Assembly (NCBI GenBank): GCA_021613535.1 | Contig: CP075495.1 | Location: forward strand, 13,206,001 to 13,270,000 | Direction of reading: 5' to 3' | Source of the DNA: Adineta vaga | Lineage: Eukaryota; Animalia; Rotifera | Length of the DNA: 64,000 nucleotides | Notes under the pieces: model-generated | What the model was told of the DNA's origin: nothing | The model's input: the letters and a program-made list of their open reading frames with translations, nothing else | The model's database searches: none | Translations under genes and position numbers: made by a program | In this document: positions 53,440 through 64,000 of the stretch, in pieces | How positions within the stretch are numbered: position 1 is the stretch's first letter | How the letters are laid out: the number at the start of each line of letters is the position of its first letter

Positions 53440-54381
53440 ATGAGTGAATATATTATATGTGTTTTCGGTTCGGGTGGTGTAGGAAAATCATGTTTGGTAA
53501 GAAACTAGATAATCATCTATATGCTCATTCATCTGATATTTGACAGACGATGCAATTTGTACAAGGAGTTTTTTTGGAAAAATATGATCCAACGATTGAA
53601 GACGTCTATAAAAAAGTACATTACTCAATTGAATTTATGAGTCACATCTATTGAAATTTTTTTAGACACTTGAATATGATGACAAACAGTATGAATTAGA
53701 AATCCTTGATACAGCTGGTAGTGTATGTTGATAGAGAAAAAAAAGGGATTAATAAACTTCATGGATTATATTCTTGAAAAATATTTCTAGGAAGAATTCT
53801 CTTCAATGAGAGATTTATATGTAACAAATGGTCATGGATTTGTTCTTGTCTATTCCATTACATCACAAGCAACATTCAATGACATTCAAAGATATTATGA
53901 TCGAATTATTGCAATTAAAGATATTGATAAAGATGTAAATAAAAAGGAGAAAAACATGATTTGAATCTAATAGAAATTTGAAATATTTGTAGGGACTACC
54001 ACCGATTGTTCTTGTAGGAAATAAATGTGACTCTGAGGATGCTAGAGCAGTTTCTCGTGAAGATGGACAAAAGTTAGCGAGAAAATGGAATTGTTCGTTT
54101 TTAGAAGCATCAGCAAAGACGAAACTCAATGTTGCTGAAGTAAAAAAATCTTTCAAATGATCATCAAAATATCGATATTTTGATTTCTTTTCTTTTCAAA
54201 GATTTTTTATGATCTTGTTCGACAAATAAGTCGAAAGAGTCAAGCAATACGAACAGATAAAATAACTCCAACATATGTCGATCAATCTGAAGGACATGTA
54301 GTTATTCACAAAGATGATTCAACATCACCATCGACAAATGGAACTGAAGAGAAAAAAAGACGATGTTGTGTTCTTCTATAA
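53440..54381 (+). CDS. Rap1-like small GTPase, divergent copy 2 (6 coding exons)
   Basis: [19 protein letters not shown]|[18 protein letters not shown]|..DTAGS|[27 protein letters not shown]. Confidence 0.9.
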
Positions 54382-54823
54382 AACTAATCTATCACTACTA
54401 TCAATTTTTTCCTCTCTATTTCGAATAACGAATAAATCCTCCTCCTCCTTCTCGCCTAAAAAAAGTAACAAACAATATAGATAGTACATAATATCTTATC
54501 AATAAGCGTGACTCAAATAAGTCATGTTCGGCTTTCTTTTTCATATATTACTTTTTCGTGTATAGTCACAGTCGGTGTCCATTTAGTGATTCGAGCGTAG
54601 ACATTATTTCTTTTTTTTTTCGACTATACATATACATACATATTCAAATACTATTAACGTCATAAAGCGCACATTTTGTGAAAGAGACGATACCTAGGTG
54701 AGTATACAGGGAGTAGAAATAAATAACTGTTGACGTCGTTAAATAACAAACGACGTTTCTCTTTTTTCTTATATACAATTTCGATAATATTTCTTTACAG
54801 CTAAGGACGACTAGACGCTAATT

Positions 54824-55784
54824 ATGCCGATTCCTGAATTTAAACTATGTGTGTTTGGTAGTGGTGGTGTAGGAAAATCATGTTTGGTAAGAGAACAAAA
54901 ATCAAAATCGATTATGACATGTTGTTGCATCATCACTATTTTTTAGACTATGCAATTCGTTCAAGGAATTTTTCTACCAAAATATGATCCAACAATTGAA
55001 GATGTCTATAAAAAAGTACGATTCTTAGTACACAAAAAAGAGACAATCTGTTATTCTTCTTTTCTTATTTAGACAGTTGAAATCGATGAGAAACAATATT
55101 CATTAGAAATATTGGATACAGCTGGAACAGTAAATATATTTGATTGAAAAAGAAATCAATCTATTGAAAACATTTTCTTTGTCAGGAAGAATTTTCTGCA
55201 ATGAGAGACTTATATGTTAAAAATGGACAAGGTTTTGTTCTTGTTTATTCAATTACATCGCAAGCAACTTTTAATGATTTAAATGAATTCTATGATCGAA
55301 TAATGCGTGTTAAAGATACGGAAATTCATGTAAATATGAAAATAATCATCTCATATGGAATATTTTCTTGTAAAATATCTAGGGTCAACCACCAGTTATA
55401 CTCGTAGGAAATAAAAGTGATTTAGAAGATGAACGAGTTGTTGGTCGTGAAATGGGTCAAGCATTAGCACGAAAATGGAAATGTAATTTTCTTGAAACAT
55501 CAGCGAAAGATCGTGCGAACGTAAACGAAGTAAAGTTTTCTATTCTGATAATTTCGATAAAGTATTCATCCGTATTATTTTAGATCTTTTTTGATCTTGT
55601 TCGTCAAATAAATCGTTCAACAAATAATACGTCAGGCCGTAGTCAAGCTCGACAAGCAACAAATGACAATGCAGCTCATCATCCACGAACGAATAGTTCA
55701 GCATCAGGACATCCAGGACAATCACATTCACATTCACATTCGCGTAAACGTAGCCATCGCACTGACAAATGTATTCTTTTATAA
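54824..55784 (+). CDS. Rap1-like small GTPase, divergent copy 3 (6 coding exons)
   Basis: [21 protein letters not shown]|[18 protein letters not shown]|..DTAGT|[18 protein letters not shown], then a His-rich tail and DKCILL. Confidence 0.9.
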
Positions 55785-55948
55785 TTTCATTACTTCAAAC
55801 TTTTTTCTCGTCATTGTTTTTAATTCATATTCAGAAAAAATAAATCTGTATCTATTGACATTTTATATATGTAGAAAAAAAAACAAGAATTTATCATCTA
55901 TGCAACATTGACAATGAAAAATCGAGTTGAGAATAGAATCACATATGT

Positions 55949-56733
55949 ATGAATATTCAATTGACTATAATGTCAGAAAATGTGAATGATGATGGTCATC
56001 ATCATAATAACGAAGAGTTAACAATGTCTTATTCTATCAGTATTGAGACATTAACAACATCGAACCAACCATTGACATGTTGTATTACTATGGATCGACC
56101 ACGAACAGTAAATCAATTAAATAAAATTAAATCATTCACGCATTTAGATAAAACGGATAATTGTCGTATCAAATCAAGAGAAAATATTCGTCGATCATCG
56201 ATTCATTTACCGGTCACTTATTCAAGTACTATTTATATCCCACGCCGTTCTATGATTCTACCATCACAATCTTCTCATCATCCACGATCATCAATAATAA
56301 TGAAGCACGACAATTTACCGCAAAACACATCAAACAACTCTAATCAACCAACTACAATGTCATCAAACACACAAACTTCACCACACCTATTATCTGCCTC
56401 GAAAAAATCGAATAAGAACATTCACTCGTCATTACCGATTTCAACATCTAATCGTCTTAGAAAACGACCATGTCATTATTCTTCTCTTCTCCTCCTTTAC
56501 GTCCAACATATCGAGCTCTTGTTCGGAACTGGTTGCATCATATACCTACAAGATCTTTATCTCATCATAAAGAAGGTCAATCTGAATACTCTGAAATTCA
56601 CCGACACGATTCACCTAGTAAACGAAGTCTTCTCTTAAAATTCTTTACTTCTCCCGTAGAAAAAAAGTCAAAACCCAAACATCTCAAATCTTCGTCTTTC
56701 CTACTAAATAAACGCGTCAATTACAACGAATAA
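55949..56733 (+). CDS. intronless Ser/His/Arg-rich orphan protein, probably two ORF-track frames joined at a frameshift (~56461-56464)
   Basis: Long ORF with host-like codon usage. After RLRK the alternative frame TTMSLFFSSPPLRPTYRALVRNWLHH matches the composition of the N-terminal part better. Confidence 0.5.
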
Positions 56734-57136
56734 AAAAAAGAAGATTTCAAATATTCAAACAGTAAACAAAAACCATATGCTTTTTTCTTTTATTCTATTT
56801 CACCAGTTTAGATATAGTGCAAATGAAACAAAAAAAAAGAAACATATATCAGTGAAATTTACAAGAGAAAAAAAAACATAATAAACAATTGTGTATGAAT
56901 AACATTGGTCTCTTCTCACAGAAATAGATTTCGATAAAGAGAAAAAGAAAAGAAACTAGTCTATTTATGGCATAACTCTATTTTCGACTAATTGTTTGTT
57001 TGTTTCGTTTGTAATTACAAAACTAAAGCCTATTTATGTATGCATATATGAAAGAAACAGATAATAAAGTCAAATAAATCACTGTTTTCATCGAACAGAT
57101 AGATACAATCGATTGAAAATATTGTCATGTTCCTTT

Positions 57137-59176
57137 TTATTTCTTTTTTGTCCAATCTGATTGATATTTACGTGAAACATAATATTCATATGCTGCACGA
57201 TTACAGATTGGTAACCATTCACTAGCTTGATCTTCAACTGCCTATGAAATTTCAATCATATCTCTATAGATAGATCATTAATTTTTTCATTTTCTTACTT
57301 GAAGATATATGTAAGCATCAGTACCATGACCATCGATTGAATGAATTTCTAAATCGCCATTAAAATATCGAGCATAGAGTCGGCTCTTAAAGAAAAGACA
57401 ATAATTGTCGATGTTTGAGGGTGTGTAAACTTACAATCGGAAGACCATAGCCAAAACCAGCTAGTGGCGTAGGACCTGAGTGTTGTGAATCAACTAATGA
57501 CACCGGTCGAGGTGCTGTTGAATACATATATCGAAAGATTTTATCAGCTTTAGAACGTGGAATACCCCCGCCACGATCGCTAAAATATCAATATACAACC
57601 ATCGCATCGATCAACAATCCTTTTTCCTTACCTAATACGAATGGTTAGATCTTCTTTTGCTTTCACGACATCTACCTATAATGATAAATGTATTCCTCCA
57701 TCGAAATTACTTTTAAAATAACAAACCACAACTGGCGGTATTGGACCATTGCCTTTTTTACTTTCAGAATGTTCTACTGTAGCACGCATTGAATTCTAAA
57801 TCCAATCAAATCTATCATGTACTTTTATAGAAGGGAAAAATCAAGTTACCTTAAATAATTCAAACATGATATGATACAGATGAGAAGGTACATATGCAAT
57901 GGCAATTGGTTCTTGAGGATTTACAGCTACGATAAGAAATACATCACGAATAGACATATATATATATATATATGCTTGAAAAACAAAGATTATTTATATA
58001 CCATTTATCTTTCGAAGTTCTAAAGAAGGTGCTGTTAAATAATATCCTTCACATAAAAACTGAGCATTTTCAAAAGCATCTAAAAGAAAAGAGAACAAAT
58101 CTTCTTTTCACAAGAGATTTATGAATGATTGTTACCTTTAATTATATCTTCAACTAGGCAATTTGGATCAACGAAACCAAGATGCGAAGGATGCACAGGT
58201 ACTTCATCACCGAAACACATTGCTATGAAAAGAATAAACATATCGTAACGTACAGTTTAAGATTAAAATACATTTTAATTGACAAAATTCGTTTTAAGTT
58301 ATTCAAATAGTATTCATTTCTGTATAATTGATCGTTTAAACCTCTTTCTATCTCATGATTTATAATACTCGTTCAAATTCAATAGTCTCAAATTGTTTTT
58401 CAACAACTGAATTACTACTGTTGAGTGAAAAATTGTCAAAAGAATTCAATAATTATCGAGATTTTTACATTTCTTCTTAAATGAAATACATACTATGTTG
58501 ATAAATGAGTAATCGAATTGAGATTCGTGATAGATAGAATCGATTGAGAAAATATTGTATTTGAGATTCTTCATATTCTTTAACACTACCCTGATCAGAA
58601 AATTCCATATAACCCTAGAAAACGAAGAACAATATCCACCTATGTTATCCAAAGAGTTATTCTTCATTTATTCATTACTTGTGCTAATGTTTCAATAACA
58701 GTTGAATGTCTTTTACGTATATTTTGTAAAGCTTCTGTAAATCTACAAATGACAAGAACATAATCTTAAATATTTATTCATGAAAATTCTTCTTTACTTT
58801 TTAACAATTTCATTCGTAGGTAGAGAATCTTTAAATAAATGTAAATCCTGTAAACTTGTTCCATACCATCCATTGACCATTTTTACACTTGGCATTTCTA
58901 ATAACCTTGGTGGTAAATGACCCATTTCTTTCATCATTGATGCAAGTCGAACAGGTAATTCATTTCGAAGAAATAAATATGATTGTTTTGCATCACCTTC
59001 ACGAGCTAGTAAAGAAATAAATATATAAAATTATTCTTATTAATGAAACACTTTATATACATACCAAATTCAACAATTCTTTTCATTGTTAAACCGGTTG
59101 GTGGATATTTAGCATAGTGATCAATCAAATGTGCTAATGATTGTTGATTTGATCGTAAAATTCGAGTTAGATACAT
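57137..59176 (-). CDS. PDK: mitochondrial pyruvate dehydrogenase kinase, paralog A
   Basis: [69 protein letters not shown] and [23 protein letters not shown]. Confidence 0.93.
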
Positions 59177-59367
59177 CTTTCACTTTTTCTTCTTGTCGTG
59201 TTTTGTTTGTTTCAATTAAATTTTATTACAATATCTAAAGATGACGTCAGCCAACGTTACCATGGATAGAATTGGTTCTTTTTCTTAAATTTTATCTAAA
59301 AAATATTCTACTTGAAATTATATGTATACATATATGGATATGGAATGTACAAAAAAAATAATAGCGG

Positions 59368-61744
59368 TCAATTTTTATATTGCACTGTCCAATCAGAACC
59401 TTTTTCAGTTGTATATGAATAACGAGATTTATTGAATATCGGTAATAATTCACTAGAATATTAGAAATAAATCATTGATTTATTTGATTTATTGTTATCT
59501 TACCAAGCATTTTCTGCTGTTGCCTAATGAATGAAAAATAAGAAATAGATATATTTATCGAAAAGTTGTTTTTTGTTTTACTTTGAGTGATATATAAGCA
59601 GAAGTGCCGAGATTTTCTATTGATGATAAAGTTAGATTTCCTTGAAAATATTTCGCATATAGACGAGCTATGGGTAAACCATAACCAAGACCGGCAATAC
59701 ATGTTTCTCCTTTACCATGTTGAACTGAATCTAATGAAGGTTTAGGTGCTGTTGAATACATATAGTGAAATAGTTGTGATAATTTCGAGCGTGGAATGCC
59801 ACCTAGAATAATATATATATATACATATGTGTGTGTATATAACATTTATTTCCTATGTAAGAAAGATATCAGGAGATGTGCGCGTGTTTTTTAGAGGAAG
59901 GAAAAAAGGACAAAGATTGAGTATATGCTATGCGGAATTATATGAGTCAGAAAATATTGAATAACGATAGAAGAACAAGAAAGAACTGATTGTTGTCTAG
60001 AAAGGAAAATAGTGGAATGATTCTCGAAGAAAACAGACATCGTAGCTGTTTGTTTAAATCAAAACTCATCGTTGAAAATGTATAAATGTAGAACTTTGTT
60101 TTCTTAAAAGTTGTTTTTTGTATTATTTTCTAAAGAACTTGATCAATATTCATATTCTATAATTCAATCAATACGACTGAGTAGTAATAGAATAGTTTTG
60201 CACTGACTATAAATTAGATCATCTGAGAAAAACAAAAACGTTTACAATATTGGCAAGACTACACGATGAATAAGGAGACAAAAACAACGCTTTTAATTGT
60301 TAACAATCAGATTTAATCTTCATTTTGAAACAATCAACTAAATAGCCATGAGAAAAATTTATCTTACCACCAAAATCAGTAATTTGTATTGTTAAATCTT
60401 CATATCCTTTAACAATGAGAATTTTTACAGGTGGATATTGTTTTGCATCTGAACCATATCGTTCTACTGTTGCACGAAGAGAATTCTATTGAAGAACAGA
60501 ATGAAAATACAATTTTCGAATAACGAAATTTAATTACTTTTAATAATTCAAAAATAATATGATAAAGATGTGATGGAATATATACCATTGTGACACGATT
60601 TGAACTATGATCTTGTACTAAAAAACGCAAAATCCACGTTTTCGTTTTTTCTTCTTTACGTTCTCAAACTTACCATTATGAGAGGAAAGATCAATTCCAG
60701 GTACTGGATAAGATGCTTGCTCAAAGAGAAATTTTGCCGTTGCATAGGCATCTATAAGAAAAAAGAAAGGAAAATTCTTTTCACGTCACGTTTTCTTCTT
60801 TCGGTACAAACCTATCAACATCAGTCAATCAAAACAACGCAAACAAAGATATGTTGACTCATGATTTGACGGAAAAGAAATGAAAACAAAATTTACCGTG
60901 AACAACAGCAGCAACATCAACCGCTGGATCGATAATACCAGCTTGTTGGGAATGTTGTGGAAATTCATCACCGAAAAGAAGAGCTAGGAAAAACACAATT
61001 GATTATTTAAATTTTAATAGAATCATTTCAATATACTATGCTGATAGATTAATGTTCTTACACCAATTCGATTCATGAAAAATCGATCGTAAAAATATTG
61101 TATGCGATTTTTCTCTATCATATCATTTGGATTCGTTTTTTCGAATTCCATATAGGCCTAGAATGATATCAATCAAATGAAAGAGAGAATTTATTTTATG
61201 GAATAAAGAACGTACTTGAGCCAATGTTGGAACAACTTCTGCATGACGTCGACGAATACCAACTAATGTTTCCGTAAATCTAGAAGTTTTATTGTCATGA
61301 TAAAAACTGAAAATATGTTAATAAAATAAAGTACTTGCGAAGTGTTGTGAGATTGGGTTCAACATCTTTGAATTCAAGTACTTCAGAATAACTTTGATCA
61401 TACAACGAATTTGTTAATTTAAAACTTGGCATTTCAATTAATCTAATAACAAAATGATGAAATCATAAATAATTCTATTGAATGTTTCGTTACGTCTTCG
61501 GAAGATAATTCATTTCTTTTCGCATATGAGACCATCGAATGAGTAATTCAGCACGCAAGAATTTGTACGATTGTTTAATATCGCCATCACGTGCTAAACA
61601 AAGATTAGAATAGAAGTTGTATTTCATCTGTAATTTTGACTTACCAAAATCAATGAGATTCTTCAATGTGAAAGATGTCGGTTGAAATTTAGAATAATAT
61701 TCTATATGACTAGAATAATTTAACAAAAATCGACTTAAACGCAT
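59368..61744 (-). CDS. PDK: mitochondrial pyruvate dehydrogenase kinase, divergent paralog B
   Basis: [81 protein letters not shown] and [20 protein letters not shown]. Confidence 0.9.
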
Positions 61745-63126
61745 TGGAATTATCTGGAATGCTAGAGATTCGTTGAATTTATCTAAAATTGTAAAACTAA
61801 TGGTAATATTTACAGAAAAAAATACTGATGTCTGAATAACATTTTTTTTCTTCATATATATTTATGCGAAGCAGAATTGATCTGGGAAAAACAAGTGATC
61901 ATTTAATATTCAAGATAGAGAAGAAGATATTTCTGGCATTCTTTTGAAAAGTGTCTCCAAAAGATTGATTTGTTTTATTATATTCTAAACGAATAGAGAA
62001 TGAAAATACTTACTAAAGATGTATCGATGAATCTAACGATAAGATGTTAAAACAAACTAATTCAACTTGACACTTTCCATTACAACTCATCAAACAGCTT
62101 GAATCTCAATATATTCATTCGATTTCACCTCGAAATTTTACCATTGTATCATGTATAGATTTTTGATCAGTTGAGAAATACGACTTTTATAAGACATTTC
62201 GTTGTCAAAATTGTTCATCTTCAGATAATTCTGTTCATCAATGTTAATTCATAATATTATATCCGTTCTCTCATTGAAAAATACCATTAAAAAACAATTC
62301 TTGAAAACCAATCAATAATCAATTTAACTGGAATAGAAAATGATCGTTGATATAGGTCACTGAATGCCATTTTCCAAGAAACAAAAATAAAAAAATTCTG
62401 TTATAGGATAAAATAATCAATTGGATATTCATCAGTTCATTCAGTTGATAGTGATTACGAAACCACGAGAAAAATAGATAGTTAAAACGATAGATGTCGC
62501 TATAGATTGGAATCTTGTTTATAGTCGAGAAAATTGCTGCAACTTTGTAAAACAATCTGTTTGCTACAGATTTCTGTACTTCTTCATTTCTCACTCGATA
62601 TACATCTCTTCAGTAGTTTCTTACATGTTTTACGGGAACAAAAAAAAACAATATTTAAATAAGCAGTGTAAAGTTAGACTCTGATCTTTATCACTGTATT
62701 ACTCGCTAGTGATTCTCATAAACTTCTATATTTAAAAGAAATACAAAGATTTAATGTGATTTGTATACTAAGCATATTTTATTAGACGAGTTATTTTTTA
62801 TCAGTATTCTTAAATGGTACCTCATTGATAGTCTCCAGGTATCGGATGATCATGTAATTCAAACAAATTCTTATTGAGAATTCAGAGTCAATGTGCCTCG
62901 ATCTGCCGGAGAAAAGAACATTCGAAAGAATTCATCTCAGAAAGAAGAGTCATCTATTGAAAAATATGACGAACAGAAAGAAAGGCTCATCGTAGACAAC
63001 ATCATTAGAAATGCCCGCATTCTATATTTTTCGACACTTTAAAAACAATATATATATATATATATTTCAGCTCAACCATGTGACTCGTTTCAGAGATCTT
63101 TTTATTCTATCAAAGGAAACAAAATC

Positions 63127-64000
63127 ATGTGCTCACCTGAAGATTCTGTTCAATACAAAATGTATGCTAATCGTTATCAGCAAATGAAAAAACTCGGCCA
63201 AGGAAGTTTTGGTACGGCTTTTTTAGTACATGATACTAAATCTAAACAGGAAAAGTACGATGAAAAAAAAACAAACAATCTATTCAATAAATATATGATA
63301 AAGAATAATTTGTCTTTTTTTGTTTTGAAGAAAAGTTTTGAAAGCAATCTATGTTGATGATGTATCTCCAAATGAATCGTTGAATGCTGAACATGAAGCA
63401 GCCATCTTAGCACGTCTTCGTCATCCGAATATAGTTCGATTTTATGATAGTTTTATCGATGAAAATTACTTTTGTATTGTAACAGAATACTGTGAAGTAA
63501 AGTTTGTGGAAATACAAAGAAAACGATTTTTACTTTTGCTTTTCTGTTTAGGATGGTGATCTTGATCAGTATTTAAAATCTCTACGTAAACAACGAAGTC
63601 GTTTACAAATGGATCAAGTTATTGATCTATTTCTTCAACTTTTGTCAGCTATTAATTTTCTACATTCGAAGAAAATTCTTCATCGAGATATAAAAACGAG
63701 TAATATCTTTTTGAAACAAAATCGTATTAAATTAGGAGATTTTGGTATCTCACGTTTAATGATGAATACATTGGATAAAGCATCAACTTTTATTGGAACA
63801 CCATTCTATATGAGTCCAGAAACATTGAGATATGATGGATATAATATGAAATCAGATATTTGGTAAGAAAATGAGAGGGAAAATTGTTTGGAATTTCGTT
63901 CGTTTTTAAAGGTCATTAGGATGTGTTCTTTATGAATTGAGTGTTTGTAAACGTGCTTTTGAACGATCGAATCTTGTGCAAACAATGGAAGCAATTCTTC
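63127..64000 (+). CDS. NEK11: NIMA-related kinase, NEK11-like; truncated by the window end
   Basis: [68 protein letters not shown] and [14 protein letters not shown]. Confidence 0.85.

Noticed and set aside
62040-62640. Coding-like fragments between PDK-B and NEK11 (including the 91-aa ORF)
   Set aside because: No recognisable family and no consistent exon chain could be built.

Overview
This is eukaryotic, very AT-rich, gene-dense DNA with many 50-65 nt GT-AG introns. It is most consistent with a bdelloid rotifer; that is an inference from intron size and from the presence of F-box, NHL and ADP-ribosyltransferase families plus foreign-looking genes. Hand-splicing gives about 21 genes: a small hydrophilic ORF, PKMYT1, a catalytically dead IMMP1L-like protein that the ORF track catches only as one exon fragment, a DPP6/DPP10-like inactive peptidase with candidate alternative first exons, a COX14-like ORF 33 bp upstream of archease, an ARM-TIR-SAM-like protein, tyrosine decarboxylase, SYK-like kinase, a Fuseless-like membrane protein, RasGRP, POLR1C, a myristoylation-motif TTK-like kinase, three tandem Rap1-like GTPases, an orphan Ser-rich ORF, two tandem pyruvate dehydrogenase kinases and NEK11 (truncated by the window end). 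Between TDC and SYK lies an ~8 kb accessory island (~24.0-31.9 kb). It holds an intronless ankyrin + R-S-E ADP-ribosyltransferase split by a 1-nt frameshift and a divergently transcribed sterol-glucosyltransferase-type GT1 gene of probable non-metazoan origin. It also contains several MITEs, a tRNA/CORE-type SINE with a target-site duplication, a non-autonomous Helitron and an F-box remnant. The most notable candidates are this island, the IMP1 pseudoprotease, the operon-like gene pairs and the ARM-TIR protein. All family assignments come from motif recognition by eye; no searches were run.
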